Part shown: positions 39,537 through 49,097 of the stretch, piece after piece
Layout: every line of letters begins with the position of its first letter
Position numbering within the stretch: the stretch's first letter is position 1
Assembly: GCA_019057385.1 (NCBI GenBank)
Contig: JAHQJS010000006.1
Span: 128,001-192,000, forward strand
Reading direction: 5' to 3'
Source of the DNA: Candidatus Borrarchaeum weybense
Lineage (GTDB): Archaea; Asgardarchaeota; Sifarchaeia; Borrarchaeales; Borrarchaeaceae
DNA: 64,000 nucleotides
Notes under the pieces: model-generated
Databases searched by the model: none
What the model saw: only the letters and a program-made list of their open reading frames with translations
Told to the model about the DNA's origin: nothing
Program-made: the position numbers and the translations under genes

Positions 39537-42443
39537 GTGGTATTTGTGAAAAAAAAGAGCCTGTTAGTCCTGCTAGTCCTGCTATTAAGTTTTTATATCA
39601 CTTTATTAAAAATTGACACAGTTGTTGCTCTACCAAATTCACAACCGTATTATTATGAAGAAAACGTGACTGTGCGAGTAGATGCAAAGAATGACAGCTT
39701 AAACGAAATTAGGTTTCAAGGAACTCATTTAAACATAACATCCAATGGTGAAATAATCGACATCTCGGACAAATCAGCTTTTGAGAACGCCACTTATGCA
39801 CTTTTAAGTAGCCAACGTGGAGATTATGACTTTAATAGATACGGAAATACATTTCTTCATCAAACAGGTGATGGCTTAATTTTCACTATTGCTTATGCAG
39901 ATCTTAGTCAGAGTGATGCAGAATTAAAAGCAGAAACTGCGAAAGGGATCTTTGAAAATGCTTTCGATGTCACACTATATAATGGTACTAATACAATTGA
40001 TAACGAATATCACATTTTTACATTCGTGAATGATCAATCACATTTTAGCAATATAACTGATAAATTCTGGGATGATGCTAAAGATACTAATGATGTAACT
40101 ACTGGTTTTGCTGGTTTACTCGATGATGATTTAATAATCGATATTAAAGCAAAAGATTATGCGAAAGTCGTTATGGGATTTATAAATAATACTAGAGATA
40201 TTAATAGCACAAGAACAAAATTGCGTGAAGTATTTTTCTCTGTCGAATACTTAGAAGAAGGAATTATGGAACTTTCATCAGGAAATCATAATTTCAGTTT
40301 GAATGACATTTTTCATCATACCGGCGATATTTCGAGGTATGAGCCCTCTAATAGCTCAAGAATTAATGTGTATTTACCAACTCCTTTAGAGCCAAATGTG
40401 ACTGATCCTAATCCTGAATCATATCAATCTCTTCTTAATGTAAATAATGGAACAATAGAGTTTGAATATAATTCAACAATTCCCTCTCTAACTAATTTTA
40501 ACGCAAGTTTTCTTTTTGAAAAATGGCCTTTGCTTCTTGTAGAAAAGACCATATCTATTGAAGATTCCTACTCTAGAGGTGAAGAATTTAAAGTAAAAGT
40601 ATCAGTAACCAACATTGGGGAAGGAAAAGCTAGCGATGTAGTAATTGACGACAATGGAAATTGGGACGCATACCTAGATCTCGTTAGCGGAGAAGATCCA
40701 AGTAGGCAATGGCTATCCATTTTACCAGATGAAACTGTAGATTTCTCATATTGGCTGTATGTGAATGGTTCAGCGCCATCAGAAGTTCTTTTCTTAAATC
40801 CTTCCATTGTGAACTACACTTTCTCATCAAATTTCACAGCAACTATTGTTAGTTTGAATGCTACTTCCAATGATGTGTTGATTCCAATAGAAGACAAGGA
40901 TTTTCCATCTTTAATTGTCACTAGAACGATCTTAAGAGCTGCTTATTCTAGTGGGGAAGAAATTAATGTGACTGTAACTATTGAAAACTTAAGTGATTTG
41001 AGTCCTGATGGTAGCATATCAGTTGTTGAAGGTATCCCGGGGCTTTTTGATAGTTCTTCGATTTCCAATAATACATCTATATTGGAATCTCAGTATGAAT
41101 CAGGAGTATATTGGGTGAACTTTACCTTAGATGCTCCTTCTGATCATGAATCAGTCAATTTTAATTACACTTTCTATTCTTTAAATCCAGGTAAATTATA
41201 TTTTGAACAGGGTAACGCTTCATATTACTACAAAGATGACCCTACTACTATTCAATCTAATATCTTATCATTTATGAGTTATCCGCAAGTCATCCAAGAT
41301 CGTTTTTACCATACCATCAATGTTGAAGCAGATTTCAATTCAATTGTTAACCCAGACACTACTATGACTGTCAATGTAACCATTACCAATTTTAGTAATT
41401 CCTCTAAAAAGTACAGGATTATAAACCGTGCACCATATCGAGTAGTACAAAATCAAATTGAAGCACTTAAACAGATATCTGAAGAAGATAACAATTTTAC
41501 TAAAGAACTTTATCCAGGTGAAAGCTATACTTATAACTATAGCTATTATATTCCTGATCTAGAAGGTTATAATTACAAATATGCTCCTATACTGGTGATC
41601 TCCAATACTTCTACGTCTCTTGATCCAGTAATTGCTTTTTCCGAAGTAGAAAATATCCATATCAATAGAAGACCCAATATCGATTCAGTTTCTTTAAATG
41701 CGACAAAACTAGACCGTGTGCAAGACACCGTTCTTGTAGAAGCTAGTTGTTCAGACGGGGAAACGCCACGAGCTGAATTAAGTGTTTTAATGAGGATTAA
41801 TGACTCAGATGATCGACTCTATAATATAACTATGACATTTGATGAAACGACAAACTTGTTCGTTGGCAATTTTACTCCAGGTGCTGGCGCTGATACCGGA
41901 ATTCACACTTTTCGAATTTATGTCACCGACGAACATGATCTAACAGGTCGCTCATCTTATTATAACTTCACAGTAAAAAACACAAAACCAAAGGTAGAAT
42001 GGATGGAGTTGTATGAAACAAACGTGACAGTAGGTGATACAATAAAGGGATCGCTAGGCGTTAGAGAAGTAGAAACTCCCTTATTTAATCTAAATATCTC
42101 CCTCTACTGTAGTTCTCCAAATGTCAGTATTGTTTACTATGGAACGTTGAGCTTGTTTGAATCGCAGCTTGTTGAAAATGACTTCCGTGTAGGAACATTT
42201 GATATAGAAATAGACACGTCTAATTGGCAAGAAGGTACCTATGATGTATACGTAAATATCGAAGATGACAAGACGTCTATAACTTACTATTATGGAGAAA
42301 TAACCGTTCAAAGAGATGATTCGCCATTTTATGCAAATCCTGACCTAATTTTTGGAATAGCATATAACATCGGAGTCATTTTGTTCTTGATTTTCCAATT
42401 TCGAGGTTTTGCTCTTCTCTTAAAGAGAGAAATTCCTTTTTAG
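39537..42443 (+). CDS. Large secreted membrane-anchored Ig-like (DUF11/CARDB-type) surface glycoprotein
   Basis: Signal peptide, repeated V.V.V.VTN.G beta-sandwich motifs, many N-x-S/T sequons, C-terminal TM. Confidence 0.75.
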   Translation: MVFVKKKSLLVLLVLLLSFYITLLKIDTVVALPNSQPYYYEENVTVRVDAKNDSLNEIRFQGTHLNITSNGEIIDISDKSAFENATYALLSSQRGDYDFNRYGNTFLHQTGDGLIFTIAYADLSQSDAELKAETAKGIFENAFDVTLYNGTNTIDNEYHIFTFVNDQSHFSNITDKFWDDAKDTNDVTTGFAGLLDDDLIIDIKAKDYAKVVMGFINNTRDINSTRTKLREVFFSVEYLEEGIMELSSGNHNFSLNDIFHHTGDISRYEPSNSSRINVYLPTPLEPNVTDPNPESYQSLLNVNNGTIEFEYNSTIPSLTNFNASFLFEKWPLLLVEKTISIEDSYSRGEEFKVKVSVTNIGEGKASDVVIDDNGNWDAYLDLVSGEDPSRQWLSILPDETVDFSYWLYVNGSAPSEVLFLNPSIVNYTFSSNFTATIVSLNATSNDVLIPIEDKDFPSLIVTRTILRAAYSSGEEINVTVTIENLSDLSPDGSISVVEGIPGLFDSSSISNNTSILESQYESGVYWVNFTLDAPSDHESVNFNYTFYSLNPGKLYFEQGNASYYYKDDPTTIQSNILSFMSYPQVIQDRFYHTINVEADFNSIVNPDTTMTVNVTITNFSNSSKKYRIINRAPYRVVQNQIEALKQISEEDNNFTKELYPGESYTYNYSYYIPDLEGYNYKYAPILVISNTSTSLDPVIAFSEVENIHINRRPNIDSVSLNATKLDRVQDTVLVEASCSDGETPRAELSVLMRINDSDDRLYNITMTFDETTNLFVGNFTPGAGADTGIHTFRIYVTDEHDLTGRSSYYNFTVKNTKPKVEWMELYETNVTVGDTIKGSLGVREVETPLFNLNISLYCSSPNVSIVYYGTLSLFESQLVENDFRVGTFDIEIDTSNWQEGTYDVYVNIEDDKTSITYYYGEITVQRDDSPFYANPDLIFGIAYNIGVILFLIFQFRGFALLLKREIPF

Positions 42444-42982
42444 GCAATTATCCCCAATTTTTTTCTTATTTCTTCATAAATTAGGGCGACTGTCTCCTTA
42501 GGGTCGCTACCAGTCGTATCTATTTCGAATACACGTTCCAAACCGTATGTTTCTATTGCATCTTGAGCGCAAATTTTACAAAGTTCAGCATCGATGTTTT
42601 CTAATATTTTTTTAACTTCAAAACCTTTTTTATTTAGCCTTTCATATAGTTCATCAGTAGTAGCATGTAATACTACAACAAGAAGTACATTTTCTAGAGA
42701 GACGATATCTGGCAGAATACTGTCAATGACCGTTAGTTTTCTTATTTTAAGTAGCATATTGTCTATAAACAGCTGTAATTTATCGATATCGGCAATTAAA
42801 GAGTTTCTTTTGATATCCAAACCCAAAAAATAACCATTTCTCACAATATTGCCACTATTTATGTAAATTCCGTTTAACTTTTTACTAAGAAGTTTAGAAA
42901 CGGTTGTTTTTCCAGTTCCTGGTGTTCCTATAATTAATATGACTCTGGGTTTTGAATTATTGTGGGTTTTTTGCAGTGGCAA
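42440..42982 (-). CDS. Atypical adenylate kinase (AK6/Fap7-like)
   Basis: GTPGTGKTT P-loop, L.ERL..KG....KI.ENI.AE, EIDTT. Confidence 0.85.
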   Translation of the reverse strand: MPLQKTHNNSKPRVILIIGTPGTGKTTVSKLLSKKLNGIYINSGNIVRNGYFLGLDIKRNSLIADIDKLQLFIDNMLLKIRKLTVIDSILPDIVSLENVLLVVVLHATTDELYERLNKKGFEVKKILENIDAELCKICAQDAIETYGLERVFEIDTTGSDPKETVALIYEEIRKKLGIIA

Positions 42983-43127
42983 TCGTCTCCATTCTATGAT
43001 AACTCAACAATTTCAATTGGCTAGATAAGAAAATCAAAGCATATATTTCTATAGTTGTTTGGACTAGCTATAAAATCAATTCCTTCATAAGACCCGATTA
43101 AGTAATAAACTATTAATTCTACCATTT

Positions 43128-44030
43128 ATGTATCAAAATTTTGAAGGCGACCTCAATTTGGATATTACAGTGCTTATTCCTACAATGAATGAACCAGCGG
43201 TTCAAGACGTGATCAAAGATGTATTTACAGCTTTAGAGGAGCATAACGTGAATGTTATAGTGATAGACAAGTCAAGCGATGATACTCCAATACGTGCAGA
43301 ACAAGCTGGTGCACGCGTTATATTTCAATTGGCACGAGGATACGGTGACGCCTATCTAACTGGTTTCAAATATGCAACTGGTGATATCATTGTCATGCTT
43401 GACGGCGATAGAACCTACGATCCTATGGATATTCCAAGTTTGTTAGAACCTATTTTGCGTGAACAAGCCGATTTTGTTTTGGGAAATCGATTTGCCAATT
43501 TAAAAGAAGGTGCAATGAGTTCTCGGAACAAACTCGGTAACAAAACCATAACTGCTTTTGTTAATCGTTTGTATGATCTTCAGATTTCGGATAGTCAAAG
43601 TGGTATGCGTGCATTTAAAAGAAACATGCTCGATGATGTTAATCTTGATTTAAAGGGTATGCCTTTCGCTACTGAGATGATAATTGAGGCTAGACGTGCT
43701 GGGGTTAGAATTGCTGAAATTCCAATAAGTTATTATCCAAGGGTAGGTTCTGCAAAACTGCGGGCATTTAGACATGGGGCATCAATTTTTGGTACCTTAC
43801 TACGGATGCTTCGAGATTATAATCCTCTGCTCTTATTTGGAAGCATTGGTTTTTTACTCATTATTTCAGGTATTCTTGTTGGATTGCTGCCAGTTTTTGG
43901 ATGGATAATTTCGAGTAGTGCAACAAATCTTACATTTACAATTTTTTCAGTACTTCTTATACTGAGCGGCTTGCAAGTATTACTTTTTGGGTTAATGGCA
44001 GATATACTTGTCAGAAAATTTCATCAATGA
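43128..44030 (+). CDS. GT2 glycosyltransferase with two C-terminal TM helices (AglJ/DPM-like)
   Basis: IPTMNE, GYGDA, DGDRTY, DSQSGMRAF. Confidence 0.88.
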   Translation: MYQNFEGDLNLDITVLIPTMNEPAVQDVIKDVFTALEEHNVNVIVIDKSSDDTPIRAEQAGARVIFQLARGYGDAYLTGFKYATGDIIVMLDGDRTYDPMDIPSLLEPILREQADFVLGNRFANLKEGAMSSRNKLGNKTITAFVNRLYDLQISDSQSGMRAFKRNMLDDVNLDLKGMPFATEMIIEARRAGVRIAEIPISYYPRVGSAKLRAFRHGASIFGTLLRMLRDYNPLLLFGSIGFLLIISGILVGLLPVFGWIISSSATNLTFTIFSVLLILSGLQVLLFGLMADILVRKFHQ

Positions 44031-44085
44031 AAACTCTCTAACTTTGCAAAACCGAAAGTTTCACTTTTTTAACTTAGAGGGAGTG

Positions 44086-44574
44086 TTAACGTACGTCTAG
44101 CCATATTTGAACCCAATTGCCCGTATACTCTATATCTCCAGTGTTTTCGTTGTATCGCCAAAGTTCAAAAATTAGCCTATAGTCATTTCCTCTTTCATTG
44201 ATAGATACATCTACTGGAAATTGCCAAGATTCTCCATCGCTTAGGATTTTCTGATAACTCTTCCTCGTCGAGAGGCTTGCTGGGTGGTCGTTGCTAATGT
44301 CTGTGGTTACATCGCCCAATTTAAATCTAACGACATAATATTCTGCTCTGTTCTCGTGATTCTCAACTAATACATACATGTCAATTGTCTCTCCGACATT
44401 GACTTCCTCTGGGTAATCGGTTGCGGTTTGATTCGGTCCAAGTATGCTAATAACACTGAAAGATTCACTTGGAGGACTTGTCACTGCAGTATAAAGTAAC
44501 ATAGACACTACAATCATTGTAGACACTGCGACTGCAATGAAAATTAGATTTTCTTCCATTCTTCTCTTTGGCAT
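44086..44574 (-). CDS. DUF1616-like protein
   Basis: N-terminal TM, ESFSVISILGP....DYP, VENHE, RLIFELW. Confidence 0.75.
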   Translation of the reverse strand: MPKRRMEENLIFIAVAVSTMIVVSMLLYTAVTSPPSESFSVISILGPNQTATDYPEEVNVGETIDMYVLVENHENRAEYYVVRFKLGDVTTDISNDHPASLSTRKSYQKILSDGESWQFPVDVSINERGNDYRLIFELWRYNENTGDIEYTGNWVQIWLDVR

Positions 44575-44575
44575 A

Positions 44576-45094
44576 TTACTCTTCCTCCTCCTCCTCTGGT
44601 ATTCCGATTTCCATTTCTAGAAATTCCTCATCTGCCTTTCTTTCAAGCCATTTCCAACCACGTTTTATAAAAATATAACTAAATATGACCACTAAGACAA
44701 TAACTACAGGTATGACAATTATTTGTAGACTTCTGGCAAAACTAGCTCTTGCGTGTAAGTCGTCAGCGTTCTGTTTAACAGTTTCAGCTATACTTTCAGC
44801 CTCTACTGCTTTTTCATATGCCGTTGAATAGTCTCCTTGCCCATATGAATCCCTAGCCTCTTCCAATAATGAAACCGCAGTATTAAGTTGATCTACTAGA
44901 TTTGTTACGTCTCCACCTGCCTGATCTGCTTGAGCAATGCTTTTGTATGCCATATAAATAGAATCTTGCGCTTCATTAATTGCTCTATTGGCTGAGGCTT
45001 GTGAGTTCTGAGCATATGCAGGCGATCCCGTATAGAAGACTATTAAACTTACTAAACTTACTATTATAATGAAAAGTGCTGTGTTCTTCTTCAA
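44576..45094 (-). CDS. Secreted helical membrane-anchored protein
   Basis: Signal peptide, A..AGGDV..L...LN.A helical bundle, C-terminal TM. Confidence 0.7.
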   Translation of the reverse strand: MKKNTALFIIIVSLVSLIVFYTGSPAYAQNSQASANRAINEAQDSIYMAYKSIAQADQAGGDVTNLVDQLNTAVSLLEEARDSYGQGDYSTAYEKAVEAESIAETVKQNADDLHARASFARSLQIIVIPVVIVLVVIFSYIFIKRGWKWLERKADEEFLEMEIGIPEEEEEE

Positions 45095-45205
45095 TAGGTA
45101 TCCTTCCGTGAGAACTCCTTGCTAAATTCTCATCCCGTAAGAGATTGCAACTTGCATTATAAAGCTTACTTTATTTTTTCTCTAAATCAAAGGGGTTTCA
45201 GATTT

Positions 45206-46801
45206 TTATTTTCCTAACCACTGTAAACCTGATTTATATACTTCACGCCAGTATTCGATAGGCTGGATAATCTCCGGTATTCTTTCTACTATATCTGATG
45301 CTAATAGTTGATATCCTTTTTCTACACATGCTAAATCTCCGGCTGCACCATTTACAAAAGCACCTGAAACTGCTGCTCTAAAAGGTGGTGTTTTCCAAGA
45401 TAAAAACGCGCCAACGATACCTGTCAAAACGTCACCAGTTCCTCCTACTGCCATTCCTGGATTGCCAGTTCTATTTATTTTCACACGAATTCCATCAGAA
45501 ATTACGTCGGTATGGGCCTTCAACAATATGGTAACACCTAATTCTTTGGCAGTCTCTGCTATTTTGTCCATTCTTTCTTCGATGTTTTCAGGGGGCGGCA
45601 ATTCTTTTCCTGTTAGAATCTGATATTCTTTAGCATGAGGAGTAAGTACTGCTGGTAATCCCTTTAAAATCGCTGGCTCTTGACTCATAGCTTTTAGTCC
45701 ATCAGCATCTACAACCGTTGGCAAGTTGTTTGTTTTTACCATTTCTAATATCTTAAGGACAGTATCAAAACTCTCTTTTTCGAGTCCCAATCCCGGTCCG
45801 ATGATAAGGCCGGTCGCTTGGTTTAACATTTCTTCTATTATTGGTATACTTTCTTCCGATATCACATTCCCTGGTGTTTCGCGGACGATTATGTCAGGAC
45901 TAAAACTTCGAATATTGACAGCGACTTTTGCTGGGGTAATAACAAACACCAAATCTGCCCCAGTTCTAAGTGCACCCATTCCAGAAAGTGCTGGTGCACC
46001 AGTATAATCTATTCCCCCACCTATTATAACAAGTCTTCCATAATTTCCTTTATGTGAATGAGGTGACCTTTGTTTGATAATATTTGCAAGATCGCCCGGT
46101 CCTACAATATATTCGGCGTCCCAAGGTATTCCAATTTTTTTCACGATTACGTTACCAGTGTATTTCTCGTTTTTCTTCATTACAAGACCGGGTTTTGCTT
46201 TATGAAGTGTAACTGTAATATTTGCCTTTACAGTGGGCCTTTGTGTTTTCCCTGTATTTGGATCCAGTCCTGTTGGTACATCAATAGCGGTAATAAATGC
46301 TCTTTCTGAGGCTGAATTAATGAGTTTAATCGTAGACAAAATCGGTTCTCTTATTTTTCCTTTGATCCCAGTGCCTAGGATTCCATCAATTATTATATCT
46401 GCGGTCGTGATCTCTTTTTTGAGGTCTTGTAATTGAGAGGAATCTTTTAATGACATTAATTTGACAGAAAGAGGAAGTTTTTGCAGAACCTCCCAATTAG
46501 TTCGTGCAAGGTCAGATCTAATTTGTTCAGGTCGACCTAGAAGGAGTACCAAACCTTTACATCCGTAGTGAGAAAGATGTCTAATTGCAACTAGCCCATC
46601 TCCGCCGTTATTGCCTAATCCTGCGAACAAAACTATTTTTTTTCCTGCGATCGATCCCGGATAATTTTCAAGAATTGCATCTATTATGCTTCTACCAGCG
46701 TTTTCCATTAGTAAAAGCGCTGGAACACCAAGATATACAGTGTTCATATCTACAATTGCCATTTCTTCTGATGTTATGACGTCATCAGTCAATTCCATCA
46801 C
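45206..46801 (-). CDS. nnr: Bifunctional NAD(P)H-hydrate epimerase/dehydratase
   Basis: LMENAG, GNNGGDG, DVPTG, HKGNYG, GPGLG, DADGL, GGTGDVL. Confidence 0.95.
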   Translation of the reverse strand: MMELTDDVITSEEMAIVDMNTVYLGVPALLLMENAGRSIIDAILENYPGSIAGKKIVLFAGLGNNGGDGLVAIRHLSHYGCKGLVLLLGRPEQIRSDLARTNWEVLQKLPLSVKLMSLKDSSQLQDLKKEITTADIIIDGILGTGIKGKIREPILSTIKLINSASERAFITAIDVPTGLDPNTGKTQRPTVKANITVTLHKAKPGLVMKKNEKYTGNVIVKKIGIPWDAEYIVGPGDLANIIKQRSPHSHKGNYGRLVIIGGGIDYTGAPALSGMGALRTGADLVFVITPAKVAVNIRSFSPDIIVRETPGNVISEESIPIIEEMLNQATGLIIGPGLGLEKESFDTVLKILEMVKTNNLPTVVDADGLKAMSQEPAILKGLPAVLTPHAKEYQILTGKELPPPENIEERMDKIAETAKELGVTILLKAHTDVISDGIRVKINRTGNPGMAVGGTGDVLTGIVGAFLSWKTPPFRAAVSGAFVNGAAGDLACVEKGYQLLASDIVERIPEIIQPIEYWREVYKSGLQWLGK

Positions 46802-46957
46802 CCTATGAAAAAACTAGTTAGGAAAGGAACTTCAAAACACCTTAAGGGAACTTTGTCCCTATAAACATTTCAAGAAACTCTGTATTAAAGTCTGGCAAAA
46901 AACTGACACTACTATGGGTTGTTTGTTGATAGCATTTTCTGTTATGAAATTTTAAAA

Positions 46958-48298
46958 TCAAACGTGGTGTGCTTTTTGAAGGCTGACAGATGAACATGAA
47001 ATGCAGGGATCAAAAGATCTCACTATAAATTTCGCAGTCTCTTGTACGGTCTCAAGAGATTTATTTTTAGTGAATTCTTTTTGACAAATTCTGTTTAGAA
47101 TTTCGTGAATTGAAAAGGTGTTTAACTCTGTTGGGACATGGATTTTTACATCATTGGCGGTCATGTTTTCATTCACTTTATAGTAGTGAATTAAGGTTCC
47201 TCTAGGTGCTTCCACGGCGCTAAATATGTTATCGTATTTTAACTTCGTAGATGTAACAAAAACAGGTTGTTCTTTAGTTATTTCTGTATTATCGAGGATC
47301 AAAAGCCCTTTATATAAGCATACAAGGATTTCAATCAACCTTAAGACATTCATCATTAAAATGTTTTCATCCCATTTCTGAAAATCCTTAAGGATTTCAT
47401 GAACTTCATAAACCCCATATTCGTTTGTTATGTGATACCTCGCTAGAGGTCCTACCAAAAGACCTCTTCCTCTTTCTTGCGTACTTGATGAAGTGAGGCT
47501 TGAAGTTTTTATTCTATTATCAATGATGAACTTGTCATAATCGTTTACATCAAAAGTTGCCAAAGTTTCTCTGTCTTCATTCGCAATTTTTAAGCGCCCA
47601 TCATAGATACTATATGTTCCATCTCTCTGAAGTCCCATATACAACGGATTTTTCAATTCAAACATTTTTACTGTATCATCAATTTTTTCGATTATTTCCT
47701 GTGCAAAATTAAGGAAAAATTTAGCAATAGCAATACCGCTTTTTAAACTCCTTTTTAAAAGGTTTATTTCTTTTTCTGTTAAATTTTTTGACATTCCGCC
47801 GATAATTATAGAAACAGGTTGAACAGCGCGTCCACCTACAATTTCCGTCACATTTTTCCCGATACTTATGAGCTTTGCAGCCTTTACGAAAAGTTCCGAT
47901 CGATTAAGTATTACATCATTTTCTTGACTTGCGGACGCTAGACTTAATAAATCCGGCAGTGCCATGTACACAAAATGTATCATATGATTAGTAATTGTTT
48001 CTCCTATTAAGACTAATTGTCTTGATAAGGCTGAGGCATACGTGGGTTCTATATCCAAGGCTTTTTCAAAAGCTTTACAAGATGCAACTATGTGTGCCGC
48101 AGAACAGAATCCACAAATCTTCGAAACTAATCTAGGAATCTCTGAGATTTTTTTTCCGATAAGGATTTTCTCAATTCCTCTGTAATCTAGCGTTGAGAAA
48201 TTTACTCTTGAAACTTCATCTTTGTCTTTGTTTACAAAGATCTCTATCTGTCCGTGACCTTCAATTCTGGTTAATGGTTTTATTGTCATTTTTTTCGT
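46958..48298 (-). CDS. Group 3-like [NiFe]-hydrogenase large subunit with atypical motifs; probable ACG start
   Basis: TRIEGHG, KICGFC, EAPRG, DPCISC; lacks L1 Arg and terminal His. Confidence 0.85.
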   Translation of the reverse strand, partial: TKKMTIKPLTRIEGHGQIEIFVNKDKDEVSRVNFSTLDYRGIEKILIGKKISEIPRLVSKICGFCSAAHIVASCKAFEKALDIEPTYASALSRQLVLIGETITNHMIHFVYMALPDLLSLASASQENDVILNRSELFVKAAKLISIGKNVTEIVGGRAVQPVSIIIGGMSKNLTEKEINLLKRSLKSGIAIAKFFLNFAQEIIEKIDDTVKMFELKNPLYMGLQRDGTYSIYDGRLKIANEDRETLATFDVNDYDKFIIDNRIKTSSLTSSSTQERGRGLLVGPLARYHITNEYGVYEVHEILKDFQKWDENILMMNVLRLIEILVCLYKGLLILDNTEITKEQPVFVTSTKLKYDNIFSAVEAPRGTLIHYYKVNENMTANDVKIHVPTELNTFSIHEILNRICQKEFTKNKSLETVQETAKFIVRSFDPCISCSSVSLQKAHHV

Positions 48299-49058
48299 TT
48301 TGTTCACCCCTCTTCACAAAGCTTTTTGGACGTGTGAATTTTGAATAAATACCACTAGTTATAATGTCCTCAGAAACTTCAATAGATGAAAAGAAATTGA
48401 CAATATTGGACATAAAATCTGGCACTATAGGCCCCATACACCCTTCGCATGGGATATTTGCCTTTATACACTTTGCTTTGCACCCTGCTCTCGTTATGGG
48501 GCCAAGACAAAGTACATTTTCATGTAAAAAACACTCAAAAGGCATTTTTTCTGGTATTAGTTTATCTACTTTTATTTTGCTTTTAAAACCATTATCGGGC
48601 CTTAATTCGCATTCTGAACATAGATTCTTTAGAGATAATTTAACTCTTTCACCATTCAAAAGTGCCATTAGAGTGTTTCCAAGGAAATCTGTAGGAACAG
48701 GACATCCCGGAATGAATCCATCTATCTCTATTATATCGTTAATTGGTATTGGATCTATTTCATCTGAAAGTGAAGTAATTCCACCTGAGATTGCGCAAGT
48801 ACCAAGGGCAATGACCTTCTTAGCCTTCCTTCTGATTTCTAAAAGTTCCTCTTTCTGTTCCTCTTGAGAAACGCTTCCTTCTATTAAAGCTATGTCACAA
48901 TTGTCGATATTGTCGTTATCTTCAATTAGTGGGAAAATAAAATCAACGGACTCTAAAAGTTCTGGAAAGATATCTAATTCTATAATAGAGGTAAGACACC
49001 CGTTACAGGATGTTAATGAAGTTACTAAGATTTTAGGTTTCACTAAGTTTCTCTCCAT
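48261..49058 (-). CDS. [NiFe]-hydrogenase small subunit (MvhG-like)
   Basis: SCNGC, EGSV, GTCA..GG, PGCP, CLGP.TRAGC...C......C.GC.GP. Confidence 0.88.
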   Translation of the reverse strand: MERNLVKPKILVTSLTSCNGCLTSIIELDIFPELLESVDFIFPLIEDNDNIDNCDIALIEGSVSQEEQKEELLEIRRKAKKVIALGTCAISGGITSLSDEIDPIPINDIIEIDGFIPGCPVPTDFLGNTLMALLNGERVKLSLKNLCSECELRPDNGFKSKIKVDKLIPEKMPFECFLHENVLCLGPITRAGCKAKCIKANIPCEGCMGPIVPDFMSNIVNFFSSIEVSEDIITSGIYSKFTRPKSFVKRGEQNEKNDNKTINQN

Positions 49059-49097
49059 TTTCGATCGTTCTTATGATTATCAAATTGTAAGTTCGCT

